Shown here: in pieces, positions 8,980-18,643 of the stretch | Layout: every line of letters starts with the position of its first letter | How positions within the stretch are numbered: the stretch's first letter is position 1 | Source of the DNA: Candidatus Kaiserbacteria bacterium | GTDB taxonomy: Bacteria; Patescibacteriota; Minisyncoccia; Phycocordibacterales; Phycocordibacteraceae | Reading direction: 5' to 3' | Assembly: GCA_963699165.1 (NCBI GenBank) | Contig: OY969413.1 | Span: 340,562-404,561 of the forward strand | DNA length: 64,000 bases | Position numbers and translations under genes: made by a program | Notes under the pieces: model-generated | What the model was told of the DNA's origin: nothing | Database searches by the model: none | The model's input: only the letters and a program-made list of their open reading frames with translations

Positions 8980-11031
8980 CTACGAACCCGAAAGCGCTTT
9001 GCGTTTTCGGCCTTTCTTTTTCGGACCGTTGCCTTCCAATTTGTAGAGCTCGTCGCGAATGAGCGCAGCCGTCTCGAAATCAAGCTTTTCAACTGCATCG
9101 GCCATTTCATCGCGCTTCCGGTCGATGAATGCCTGCGGATCGTCTTTGTACGCAATTGTATCGAGAGCCAGAAGTTCATCAATGGTACGCTCGTGCTCCG
9201 TGCGCATCGACGCGGCGATGTCGTGAATTTCTTTTTTTATGGTCATCGGCGTAATGCCGTGTTTCTCGTTGTAGGCGAGTTGAATGGAGCGGCGTCGATT
9301 GGTCTCGCCGATGGCGCGGTCAAGCGAACCGGTCATCGTGTCTGCATACAGAATGACGCGGCCGAGCACGTTGCGCGCCGCACGGCCAATCGTTTGAATG
9401 AGCGACGTTTCGCTCCGCAGGAATCCCTCTTTATCGGCATCGAGAATCCCAACGAGTTCCACCTCCGGCAAGTCGAGTCCTTCGCGCAAAAGGTTGACGC
9501 CGACAAGCAAATCAAACTCGCCCTTGCGAAAATTGGTCAGAATATCGATGCGGTCGATGGTCTTCACATCGGAATGCAAATATTCCGCCTTGATACCACG
9601 GTCGCGCAAAAATGACGCAAGGTCCTCCGCCATTTTTTTTGTGAGCGTCGTTGCAAGCGCGCGTCCTCCGCGTTTGATCACCAATTCCGCCTCGTTAATA
9701 AAGTCGGCGATTTGCCCCGGATACTGTCCCGTATCGCTCACGCCGCGAACCGTGAGTTCCGGATCAATGAGGCCGGTCGGACGGATGATTTGCTCGACAA
9801 CCTGCTCGGAGTGCTCGCGCTCATACGGCCCCGGCGTCGCGCTCGTGTACAGCACTTGTCCGATTCGCTGTTCAAATTCCTCAAACCGAAGCGGCCGGTT
9901 GTCGCGGGCAGACGGCAGGCGAAACCCGTACTCAACCAGCACATCCTTGCGTGATTTGTCGCCCGCATACATGCCGCCAATCTGCGGGACCGTTACGTGC
10001 GATTCGTCGATGACGGTGAGAAAATCCGCCGAACCGTCTTTTTTATGCGGGAAATACGAGAGCAAGGTATACGGCGGCTCTCCCGGTTTTCGCCCGTCGA
10101 AATGCCGAGAATAATTTTCAATGCCGTTCGTATATCCGAGCTCGCGAATGAGCGCAATGTCGTGCTGGGTGCGGCGCTTCAATCGCTCGTATTCAAGCGG
10201 CTTTTCTTCGCGCTTGAATTTCGCAAGCTGTTCTTCGAGCTCGAGCTTAATGTCTTCAATGGCGCGGTTGCGCTCTTCCTCGCTCGTGATGAAGTGTTTT
10301 GCCGGAAAAACGAAAACCGAGTTTGGCTCCGCAAGCCGTGCGCGAGACACCGGATCAAGCTGTTCAACGGCCGAAACGATTTCTCCTTCGAACACGATGC
10401 GGTAAATCGCGCGTTCGTTCACGGGCATGAATTCAAGCGAGTTTCCGATGGCTCGCAATTGCCCCGGATTCAAATCCGCCGTGGTGCGTTCAAAATAAAT
10501 ATGCACGAGCTTGCGAATGAGCGCCGCTCTGTCTTCCGTAGCTCCCTTCTCGATTTTTACGTGCACTTTTTCGTATTCTTCCGGCGAACCGAGGCCGTAA
10601 ATAGCCGAAACCGATGCGACGATGATGACATCTTTTCTCGTGAGCAATGCTTGCGTCGCCGCGTGGCGCAAGCGGTCGATTTCGGCGTTAATCATTGCCT
10701 CCTTTTCAATGTAGGTATCCGAATGCGCGATGTACGCCTCCGGCTGATAATAGTCGTAATACGAAACGAAGTAATGCACGGCGTTCTCGGGGAAAAATTC
10801 TCGGTACTCCTGCGCAAGCTGGGCCGCAAGCGTTTTGTTGTGCGCGAGAACGAGCGTCGGCTTGTCATAGTTCGCGATGACATTTGCAACGGTAAATGTC
10901 TTTCCGCTTCCCGTCACGCCGAAAAGCGTCTGGTGATGCAGTCCATCCTTCAATCCGCTTGAAAGCTCCGCAATGGCGGTCGGCTGATCGCCCGCAGGCG
11001 CCCACGGCGTATGCAGTTTAAAGTTAGCCAT
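8980..11031 (-). CDS. uvrB: Excinuclease ABC subunit B
   Basis: GDQP, GVTGSGKT, FVSYYDYYQPEAY, DESH, LLREGLDLPEV, C-terminal UVR domain. Confidence 0.98.
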   Translation of the reverse strand: MANFKLHTPWAPAGDQPTAIAELSSGLKDGLHHQTLFGVTGSGKTFTVANVIANYDKPTLVLAHNKTLAAQLAQEYREFFPENAVHYFVSYYDYYQPEAYIAHSDTYIEKEAMINAEIDRLRHAATQALLTRKDVIIVASVSAIYGLGSPEEYEKVHVKIEKGATEDRAALIRKLVHIYFERTTADLNPGQLRAIGNSLEFMPVNERAIYRIVFEGEIVSAVEQLDPVSRARLAEPNSVFVFPAKHFITSEEERNRAIEDIKLELEEQLAKFKREEKPLEYERLKRRTQHDIALIRELGYTNGIENYSRHFDGRKPGEPPYTLLSYFPHKKDGSADFLTVIDESHVTVPQIGGMYAGDKSRKDVLVEYGFRLPSARDNRPLRFEEFEQRIGQVLYTSATPGPYEREHSEQVVEQIIRPTGLIDPELTVRGVSDTGQYPGQIADFINEAELVIKRGGRALATTLTKKMAEDLASFLRDRGIKAEYLHSDVKTIDRIDILTNFRKGEFDLLVGVNLLREGLDLPEVELVGILDADKEGFLRSETSLIQTIGRAARNVLGRVILYADTMTGSLDRAIGETNRRRSIQLAYNEKHGITPMTIKKEIHDIAASMRTEHERTIDELLALDTIAYKDDPQAFIDRKRDEMADAVEKLDFETAALIRDELYKLEGNGPKKKGRKRKALSGS

Positions 11032-12244
11032 GATAGTAGTTTCTCACAAAGTCTGCACGATACTCGTCGAATGTGCCATTAAGAAGCGCTTCGCGCGCAC
11101 CGGTGACAAGCTTCAAAATGAAACCGACATTATGCGTCGACGCGATAATCGAGCCGAGCATTTCGCCGGAGCGCACCAGATGCGACACGTACGCACGCGT
11201 AAACGGCTCAGTTCCTTGCACGACGCACTCCGCATCGAGCGGCGAGTAGTCGTCGCGAAACTGGCCGTTTCTCAAATGAAGAATACCCCGCTTCGTATAG
11301 ATTGAACCATGCCGCCCGATGCGCGTCGCCGCAACGCAATCGAAAAGGTCCATGCCGTTTGCAATGCCCTCAAGAATGTCTCCCGGCTCGCCGATGCCGA
11401 GAAAGTGTCGCGGCAATTCTTCAGGCAATGCATCGACCGCGGCGGAAAGCGCGCCGCGCATGTCTTCTTTTGAAAACGACCCGCCGATGCCGATACCATC
11501 GAAACCGAGCGACGCGATTTCTTTTGCGGATTCTCTGCGCAAGTCCTCGTGGCGCCCTCCCTGCACAATGCCGAAGATGGATTGTTTGTTTGCCGCGTCG
11601 AGATTTTGGCGATGCGCTTTGAGCGAACGGGCCGCCCACCGGTGCGTGCGGTCCATTGCTTCTTTTTGATATGCATAGGGCTCCGTCGGCGATGTGCATT
11701 CGTCAAATGCAAAGAAGATATCCGCTCCGAGCGCATGTTGGATTTCGACGGAGCGTTCCGGCGTGAAGCGATGAAGCGTGCCGTCGAGATGCGATGTGAA
11801 AGAAACGCCTTCGTCGTCGATGACGGCAAGCTGTCCGTGCTGGCTCGCGACGTCGGCATCGTACACTGCGACCGCTTCTTCCTGCGGCGCATCTTCTTTC
11901 GTAAACTTTGAAATCGTTTTTCCGAATGCGGCGCCAAGTGAAAATACTTGAAAACCGCCGGAATCGGTCATCGTCGGACCATCCCAGCCCATAAATTTTC
12001 CAAGACCGCCCGCATCTTTAACGATTTTCTCGCCGGGCTGCAGGTACAGATGGTACGTGTTTGCAAGCACGACTTCGGAGCCGAGCGCGCGAAGCGCGCT
12101 CGGCAAAATGCCCTTCACATTGGCTTTTGTGCCGACGGGAACAAACGCCGGCGTATTGATGATGCCGTGCGGCGTTGTTAGCACGCCGGCGCGGGCGCGG
12201 CCCTGCGGCGCCCGCTTTTGAATTTCAAATATTGTTGCACTCAT
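11024..12244 (-). CDS. tgt: tRNA-guanine transglycosylase
   Basis: TPAFVPVGT, LANTYHL, TDSGGFQVFSL, GIVQGG, DLFDCV. Start at MSATIF. Confidence 0.95.
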   Translation of the reverse strand: MSATIFEIQKRAPQGRARAGVLTTPHGIINTPAFVPVGTKANVKGILPSALRALGSEVVLANTYHLYLQPGEKIVKDAGGLGKFMGWDGPTMTDSGGFQVFSLGAAFGKTISKFTKEDAPQEEAVAVYDADVASQHGQLAVIDDEGVSFTSHLDGTLHRFTPERSVEIQHALGADIFFAFDECTSPTEPYAYQKEAMDRTHRWAARSLKAHRQNLDAANKQSIFGIVQGGRHEDLRRESAKEIASLGFDGIGIGGSFSKEDMRGALSAAVDALPEELPRHFLGIGEPGDILEGIANGMDLFDCVAATRIGRHGSIYTKRGILHLRNGQFRDDYSPLDAECVVQGTEPFTRAYVSHLVRSGEMLGSIIASTHNVGFILKLVTGAREALLNGTFDEYRADFVRNYYHG

Positions 12245-12341
12245 AATATATATGTACCCTAACGCATCGGCACTCGATGAACAAATGCCAAAACGAAAGC
12301 GCGCGCCTTCGGTGCGCGCTTTCCGTTCGGTGTGAATCAGT

Positions 12342-12971
12342 TTAGTGATTCGTATATGGCGTATTCTTCTGGATTTTAACGACTTCGACTTCGAAAACAA
12401 GCGTGGCATTCGGCGGAATAACACCGCCGGCGCCTGCTGCCCCATATCCGAGTGATGGGGGTATTACCAGTTTTCGCTTGCCGCCGACTTTCATGCCGAC
12501 AACCCCCTCATCCCAGCCCGCAATTACTTGGTGCGCGCCGAGCGGGAACGTGAATCCTTGTGAACCGTGATTTGCCGATGCGTCGAACACCGTGCCGTTG
12601 GTGAGCGAACCGACGTACTGCACCGTAACGGTATCGCCCGCCGCAGCAGCCGGACCCTGACCGACTGACTCGTCCGTTATCTGAAGCCCGTCTGCAGTTG
12701 TAATCGTTTGACTTGCCGAGGAACCAGTTCCGTTTTCAGTAGGCATAGAGAGTTGTCCGGTTGATGATGAGACCTGAGTAATTTGCGAATCTCCCGCCGC
12801 GGCCGCCTGCGTGTTGTCCTGCGGCGTTGTCGTAGCCGTCGCCGCGGTTGATTTCCACGGCGACAGGCCGGGGAAGATAAAAATGACTGCTACCACGGCG
12901 ACCGCGAGAGCGGTTGCGATTCCCGTTTGCTTTGGATTCATTTTCGAATTATTTATTTCGTTATGCGCCAT
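12342..12971 (-). CDS. FKBP-type peptidyl-prolyl cis-trans isomerase, membrane anchored
   Basis: VIAGWDEGVVGMKVGGKRKLVIPPSLGYG...IPPNATLVFEVEV plus N-terminal TM helix. Confidence 0.93.
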   Translation of the reverse strand: MAHNEINNSKMNPKQTGIATALAVAVVAVIFIFPGLSPWKSTAATATTTPQDNTQAAAAGDSQITQVSSSTGQLSMPTENGTGSSASQTITTADGLQITDESVGQGPAAAAGDTVTVQYVGSLTNGTVFDASANHGSQGFTFPLGAHQVIAGWDEGVVGMKVGGKRKLVIPPSLGYGAAGAGGVIPPNATLVFEVEVVKIQKNTPYTNH

Positions 12972-12984
12972 AGGATATCACAGG

Positions 12985-13089
12985 TTATTCTTGAATGGAT
13001 TCGATTAGTTCGCGCAGCTTGGTGCGCAATTCATCGGGGGTGCATTCCCCAAGCCCCGACTGCAGTTCCTCGGAGTACTCTTCGGACAT
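12985..13089 (-). CDS. Possible 34-aa acidic small protein (MSEEYSEELQSGLGECTPDELRTKLRELIESIQE)
   Basis: Translated by hand; exactly fills the gap between two co-directional genes; amphipathic-helix-like composition. Confidence 0.4.
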   Translation of the reverse strand: MSEEYSEELQSGLGECTPDELRTKLRELIESIQE

Positions 13090-13093
13090 ACGT

Positions 13094-15865
13094 TTATCGC
13101 GCGAGATAGCGTTCTCGAATCATGTTCTCGATTGTAGCACGGTCGCGGCCATAGGTAACGGATGACAAGAGGATAAGGTCGTCTATTTGCTCGGGATTTC
13201 CCGGCGGCAAATCCGGTGTGCGAATATCAAACGGTTTTTGCGGCATGCCGCCGGACAGAATTTTAACGTATGCGTTCCTGTTTTCAATATTGACGAAATC
13301 GGCCGTTTCGAAGACGGGGGCGAACTGTTTTGCAAAAAATTCCGCATCCTCTTCACCGACGCGAAACACTGCCATGTTGCCGACGTTGCCGAAAACGGCA
13401 TTGCGCGTTTTTTCTTCGATTTGATTCAAGAATTGGTGCGCAACAGCGAGCGACAGTTTGTATTTTCGCGCTTCGGAAAGAATTCCCGGAATGGTATCGG
13501 TCGTGACGTTTTGAAATTCATCGATATACAGATAAAACGGCGGGAACTGCGCGCGCGGATTGTCGGCGCGCGAAAGCGCAGCCATGAAAAGTTTGCCGAC
13601 GACAATGAGACCGAGTAGGTTTGCATTCCTTTCGCCGAGACGGCCTTTCGAAAGATTGATAAGCAAAATCTTTTTCGTATCCATCACTTCGCGAAATTTG
13701 AACGAAGATTCCTGTTGGCCCACAATCGGGCGAATGAAATCGTTCGCCGTAAAATCATCGAATTTGTTCGTGATATACGGCACAATGTTTTCGAGCGCGG
13801 CATCACCGCCCGCTTTTGTCGCTATCTCGGTCCAGAACTGGTTCACAATCGGATTCATGCTCTTTGCCAGCTTTTGTCTGCGGAATTCGCTGTTTGAAAG
13901 CACCCGCGCAATGTCGAGCATCGTTGAACCGCTCGACGGGTCTTCCATAACTAGCAACGTCGCATTTCTAAAATATTGTTCGAACGCCGGGCCCATGCTC
14001 TCCGGCACGTCGCCGTAGAGGCGATGGAAAATCGCGAGCAGCTCATTCACGATAAATGTTTTTTGTTCCGGGTGCGACAAATCGTACTCGAGGAAATTGA
14101 GACCGAGCGGCCGCGTGAGGTCGGCCGGGTCGAAATAAATCACATCGTTGTATCGCTCCGGTGGAACCGCCGCCAAAATGTCCAAAATATCCGAGCCGTG
14201 CGGATCGATAAAGCAACAGCCCTCGCCGTTTTGAATATCCTGAATAATCATCGACTTCATAAGTCCGGTTTTGCCGGTGCCGGTTTGACCGATGATATAG
14301 AGATGCCGCAGACGGTCTTCCGGATCGAGCCGCACTGACGTCTCCTCGCCGCGGTAGGTGTTTATGCCGAGCAGCGCGCCGGTTTGCGGAAGGGTCAGTG
14401 GCGCGGGCGCATGAGTAAAGCGCGCCTGCTTCAGGTGCGGCGACGAACCGATGCCGGACGGCGGGAAATGATACATCGTCGTCAATTCGCGAAGCGACAG
14501 CGGCAATTCGGAAGAATCCGGCAATCGAAAAGAAAATTGATCGAGGGCCTGCGCCGCGTCTCTGCCGCCCTGCCGCTTGAACTCGAGGCGGTTGCCCTGC
14601 GTATTCGTAAACTGATTGAATGCAGCTTCGAGCTCGCCGAGTATTTGTCCGGCCGCATGTTCGTTTTTTGATGACGCCACGAGCCGAACCGTTACACCGA
14701 CGATGGGCGCCGCCATCTTTTTCTCGACTTGCTCGATGTATGTTTTGTTTTCTTCGATTTGCCGCGTCTCCGCTTCCTTTGCCTTCTGCTCGTCTTTCGG
14801 CTTGCTCGAGAAAAATGTCTTGCCCACTTCAAGCGCGAGTTCGCCAATCAGGGTCTCGGGCGTGTTAAAGGCGGTTGAACGTTTCTCGCCTTTTCGAAGC
14901 GCCTGCAAAATTTTCCGATAATGCTTTACATGCCGGTCGCCGCGCGGCTCGATGATGAACTGCAGCGCCGCGCCTTCACCGACGTGCTGTATTTTTGCGA
15001 ACGCATTCGTAATCGCGTTCAGCGGGTCATAATCAAACTCGGTGTAGTCGGTGAGCGGAAGCGCCGGATTCGCGGCAAGATGCGCGACCGAGGCGAGCGC
15101 CGCGCCGCCCGGAGCGAAAATATTGTAATCGTACGGCTGCACCACGATGTGCGCATCCGGAAAAATAGCGAGCAGCTGTTTCTCGAAAAGATTGCGCTTC
15201 CCGTTCGGAACCGCGGCATAGAAACGAAGCTCCGGACTGTCGGCCGGCACGGCAAGCTCGACCGCGTAATAGTTCGGCTCGCCGGGGGTAGCGTCTTCGA
15301 CGGACATGAGGCCCGCATAAAACTGTTCCATGCCGGAAATGAGTTCTTTGAGTGTTTTTACGCGCGCATTTTGCTCGACGCCTTTCGGCGCGGGGAGCGC
15401 AATTTCGTACAGAGTCATTTTAAGCGCCTTAAAATGCGGCGCCTTCTCATCCACGCCCGGCACAAACAATCCGGTCGCAACATAGCGGACGAGATAGCGG
15501 TGAAAATCGTCGCCAAGCCGCGGATTGCGCAGCTTGTCCAATACCGCGAGCGCATTTTTGATTCCTTTTTCCTCCATCGTCTCCTGCAAACTTTTAATCG
15601 CGCTCTCATTGTCGCCAAGATTAAGTTGCCCCATGATTTCTTCGGCAGCCGCATTTATTTCATTTTTGTCGGAACGATACCCGTCCGACAAAATCGCTTC
15701 CGGCGCGGCGTGATGCTCGTGAATTTGCTCCGACACGATGCGCGTGCGCTCAAGCGCGCCGGGCGCTCGTCCGGTCTGCGCGATTTCCGCTTCTTTGCGC
15801 ATCACCTGCGAACGCAAATACGCGAGCTCCTCTTCGGGCGTAGACAACTTCGGGGACGATTCCAT
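13094..15865 (-). CDS. VirD4/TraD/HerA-like ATPase (type IV coupling-protein family, CPR type)
   Basis: DRLRHLYIIGQTGTGKT (Walker A), FIDPHG, LYIDEFQN (Walker B), LSEARKYKL, AHQFLNQ. Confidence 0.88.
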   Translation of the reverse strand: MESSPKLSTPEEELAYLRSQVMRKEAEIAQTGRAPGALERTRIVSEQIHEHHAAPEAILSDGYRSDKNEINAAAEEIMGQLNLGDNESAIKSLQETMEEKGIKNALAVLDKLRNPRLGDDFHRYLVRYVATGLFVPGVDEKAPHFKALKMTLYEIALPAPKGVEQNARVKTLKELISGMEQFYAGLMSVEDATPGEPNYYAVELAVPADSPELRFYAAVPNGKRNLFEKQLLAIFPDAHIVVQPYDYNIFAPGGAALASVAHLAANPALPLTDYTEFDYDPLNAITNAFAKIQHVGEGAALQFIIEPRGDRHVKHYRKILQALRKGEKRSTAFNTPETLIGELALEVGKTFFSSKPKDEQKAKEAETRQIEENKTYIEQVEKKMAAPIVGVTVRLVASSKNEHAAGQILGELEAAFNQFTNTQGNRLEFKRQGGRDAAQALDQFSFRLPDSSELPLSLRELTTMYHFPPSGIGSSPHLKQARFTHAPAPLTLPQTGALLGINTYRGEETSVRLDPEDRLRHLYIIGQTGTGKTGLMKSMIIQDIQNGEGCCFIDPHGSDILDILAAVPPERYNDVIYFDPADLTRPLGLNFLEYDLSHPEQKTFIVNELLAIFHRLYGDVPESMGPAFEQYFRNATLLVMEDPSSGSTMLDIARVLSNSEFRRQKLAKSMNPIVNQFWTEIATKAGGDAALENIVPYITNKFDDFTANDFIRPIVGQQESSFKFREVMDTKKILLINLSKGRLGERNANLLGLIVVGKLFMAALSRADNPRAQFPPFYLYIDEFQNVTTDTIPGILSEARKYKLSLAVAHQFLNQIEEKTRNAVFGNVGNMAVFRVGEEDAEFFAKQFAPVFETADFVNIENRNAYVKILSGGMPQKPFDIRTPDLPPGNPEQIDDLILLSSVTYGRDRATIENMIRERYLAR

Positions 15866-15888
15866 TCCATCTAGTATACTGCACGAAC

Positions 15889-16506
15889 ATGCTTCAATTT
15901 TTGCTTGCCTGTATACATCTCGACCCGATGGCGATGATTGAGGCCGGCGGGTACCTCGGCATATCTTTTTTGGTCTTTGCGGAAAGCGGACTTTTTTTCG
16001 GGGTCGTGCTTCCGGGCGATTCGCTTCTGTTTACCGCCGGCCTTCTTGCCGCAACCGGAATTCTTTCGGTCGTGCCGCTGATTATATGCGTTGTCGTGTC
16101 CGCCATCGTTGGCGATTCGACCGGATACTGGTTCGGCGCAAAGGCCGGCGGCAATCTTTTCAAACGCGAGGACTCGCGTTTTTTTAAACGTCAATATCTC
16201 ACGCGAACGCAACGCTTTTTTGAAACCCACGGCGGCCGCGCCGTCGTCCTTGCCCGCTTCGTTCCCGTCGTGCGCACTATTGCGCCGATTCTTGCAGGCG
16301 CAGGCCGCATGCGGTACCGACGATTCTTGCCCTATAACGTATTCGGCGGATTGCTCTGGGGCACGGGCATGATTTTATTCGGCTATTTTCTCGGCACGCT
16401 GATTCCGAACAGCGAAAAATACGTATTGCCGCTTTCGCTCGCCATCGTCTTTCTGTCCCTCCTTCCACTCGGTCTGAATTTCATTCGGCGAAAACGCATG
16501 CCGTAA
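15889..16506 (+). CDS. DedA family membrane protein
   Basis: FAESGLFFGVVLPGDSLLFTAG, GDSTGYWFG, ARFVPVVRT. Confidence 0.92.
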   Translation: MLQFLLACIHLDPMAMIEAGGYLGISFLVFAESGLFFGVVLPGDSLLFTAGLLAATGILSVVPLIICVVVSAIVGDSTGYWFGAKAGGNLFKREDSRFFKRQYLTRTQRFFETHGGRAVVLARFVPVVRTIAPILAGAGRMRYRRFLPYNVFGGLLWGTGMILFGYFLGTLIPNSEKYVLPLSLAIVFLSLLPLGLNFIRRKRMP

Positions 16507-16525
16507 TCGATTATACTTATCCCGT

Positions 16526-16819
16526 ATGCGGCATTTATACAACACCGGTTTCAGCAAGAATCACGATATGCTTCTGCCGCAATTGCAGATGCGGGGAAAC
16601 AAACTGTTCGGAACGGTCAATCACCCGGCGTACGGCACGCCGAAAAGTTCGCTCGCAATGCCCTGGTTCGAAATCAAGGGCGATAAGATTTTCACAACGC
16701 GGCACAACCCCCAAGGACACGATTTGCATCCGTGGTACGAAATACGCGGCAACGACGTGTATCAAACTATCAATCATCCGGACGGCTTGAGCCACATGCC
16801 GACATTCCGGATTAAATAA
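16526..16819 (+). CDS. Small internally repeated beta-rich protein
   Basis: TATACT-N8-ATG; ~23-aa repeats PW(F/Y)EI(K/R)G..(I/V)(F/Y).T...P.G. Confidence 0.7.
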   Translation: MRHLYNTGFSKNHDMLLPQLQMRGNKLFGTVNHPAYGTPKSSLAMPWFEIKGDKIFTTRHNPQGHDLHPWYEIRGNDVYQTINHPDGLSHMPTFRIK

Positions 16820-16851
16820 AAATATATCGTGTGTTGACCGATTAAAACCGT

Positions 16852-17196
16852 TCACGCGTGCTTCGGCTCGTCCCAAAAATCGAAAATCCAGTTGACGATG
16901 CCGAGCACCATGGAGAAAAGCAGTGCGGTCCAGAAATCGGAGACGAAAAACCCCGGTACGAGCAACGCCACGAGCATGACGAGCAGTGCATTCACGACAA
17001 GAGTAAAGAGGCCGAGTGTGAGAATGTTTATCGGGAGGGTAAGAACAAGAACTATCGGACGGATGAAGAGGTTGATTGCGCCGAACACGACTGCCGCGAT
17101 GAGTGCGCCGACAATAGTCACATGAATCCCCGGAACGAGATACGCGGCGATGCCGATTGCAACCGAAGCTAACAGCCAGTGAAGAAATATTTTCAT
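16852..17196 (-). CDS. 4-TM membrane protein, YvlD/phage holin_4_2 family
   Basis: INLFIRPIVLVLTLPINILTLGLFTLVVNA signature. Confidence 0.88.
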   Translation of the reverse strand: MKIFLHWLLASVAIGIAAYLVPGIHVTIVGALIAAVVFGAINLFIRPIVLVLTLPINILTLGLFTLVVNALLVMLVALLVPGFFVSDFWTALLFSMVLGIVNWIFDFWDEPKHA

Positions 17197-17227
17197 GCGA
17201 AAATTGTATCAGACGAATGCGAGCGGA

Positions 17228-17953
17228 TTAAGCGCCGCCCGCCGCGCGTACGATGGCGTACAAAAGCGCGGCACCGAAAAGCGTCATCGCGGTCGTCAGC
17301 GCGCGCGGATGGCGGTGATGGCTCTCCGGAATCAGGTCGCTCGCGGAAAGATAAAGAAATGTCCCGACAAACACGGAAAGAACAAGCCCGATGACGGAGT
17401 TTGGAATGCGGAAGAAAAGCGTGGACGCGGCGCCGCAAAGCGGCGCCGCTGCATCCACGAGCAACCACCGGCACGCACGCTTCCATCCGCCGCCGTTGCG
17501 CAAAATGAGATTGACCGTGTTGATGCCGTCTGAAAAATCATGCGTGAGTACGGCCGTCGTCACAATCATGCCAACTGCCGCAGACGCCTGAAAACCGATG
17601 CCAATGGCAATGCCGTCAAGAAAACTGTGCGCGGAAAGCGTCAGCGCGCCGAAAAATCCGCGCGGGACATTTTCGGAGTCGCCGTCTTCTTCGTGTGTGT
17701 GCAAAAGAATCAATCGGTCGAGGACGAGATAACCGAAAAAACCGAGCGCAATGAAAAGCGCGAGCGTATCGGGCGTATGATATGCGGTGCCGAGTTGAAT
17801 CGCTTCCGGCAGAAGATCAAACAGAGCGACGCCCGCAACGGCACCGGCCGAAAATCCGAGAATCAGATGCAGTTTGTCCCGGAATTTGAGCGCAAACGAC
17901 CCGCCCACAAAGGTCGAAACGGAAGCGGTAAAGGCGAGCAATAAGACGTTCAT
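17228..17953 (-). CDS. ZIP family metal transporter
   Basis: LGFSAG, HSFLDGIAIG, HDFSDG, DLIPESH. Confidence 0.9.
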   Translation of the reverse strand: MNVLLLAFTASVSTFVGGSFALKFRDKLHLILGFSAGAVAGVALFDLLPEAIQLGTAYHTPDTLALFIALGFFGYLVLDRLILLHTHEEDGDSENVPRGFFGALTLSAHSFLDGIAIGIGFQASAAVGMIVTTAVLTHDFSDGINTVNLILRNGGGWKRACRWLLVDAAAPLCGAASTLFFRIPNSVIGLVLSVFVGTFLYLSASDLIPESHHRHPRALTTAMTLFGAALLYAIVRAAGGA

Positions 17954-17987
17954 GCCGGAATAATACACCACGAGCGCCGCAACGCGA

Positions 17988-18584
17988 CTAGAGCCATCCG
18001 AAAGCCGCTAGAATGTACAGAACGGCGAGCGTTGCAAGCACGGTGACGCCCCATGCGACCGCGGCGAGATGCGTCAGATCAGCAATACGGTCCTCGACAA
18101 CGCGCATTGAACGCCCGACCGTTACATATCCGACGCCGGTCGACGTATTGAAACGCACGAGTACGACCGCCTGCCGCACATCGGCGCGCGGTTGCCACGT
18201 TACGCGGGTTTCGGGTCCCGTCGGTGCGGAAAAATATTTTAGCGAACGCCACGAGTTCATATCGAACAGTCCCGCGGGAAGACGCGGCGGAGCGCCATCG
18301 AGAATTCCGGAGGATTCAAGCGGCGTGCCGGAAGAATCGTAAATCGCAGTCCACGAATCCAAGCTCGATGCAATGTCGATTGCCGGCGTTCCGGGCGCAA
18401 TCACATTTGCCGGCGTATAGTCGCGCGCAAGCGAAACAGCCGCATCCTCCGCGATTTGAATTTGCGGGTCGTTTAGCAACTGCCGATAGTTTTGCTGAAC
18501 GGCGAGATAAGAGAACCCGAAAATGCCCGTTATTGCGACAACAAACGGAACCCAGAGCACAAAGACCCGATGGAGATTTTTCAT
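17988..18584 (-). CDS. Hypothetical 2-TM protein with extracytoplasmic (sensor-like) domain
   Basis: N- and C-terminal TM helices; NDPQIQIAED...RVTWQP...VGRSMRVVE. Confidence 0.75.
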   Translation of the reverse strand: MKNLHRVFVLWVPFVVAITGIFGFSYLAVQQNYRQLLNDPQIQIAEDAAVSLARDYTPANVIAPGTPAIDIASSLDSWTAIYDSSGTPLESSGILDGAPPRLPAGLFDMNSWRSLKYFSAPTGPETRVTWQPRADVRQAVVLVRFNTSTGVGYVTVGRSMRVVEDRIADLTHLAAVAWGVTVLATLAVLYILAAFGWL

Positions 18585-18586
18585 AT

Positions 18587-18635
18587 AGCAGTGATAACGC
18601 GCTACCTGCTCCGCAGGTAGCGCGTTATCACTGCT
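18587..18635. repeat. Perfect 23-bp inverted repeat (terminator-like)
   Basis: AGCAGTGATAACGCGCTACCTGC-TCC-GCAGGTAGCGCGTTATCACTGCT. Confidence 0.85.
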
Positions 18636-18643
18636 TGCAAAAA

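Noticed and set aside
16852-17196. Prophage signalled by the holin-family gene
   Set aside because: This YvlD-type family is commonly chromosomal and no phage structural or lysis genes are nearby.
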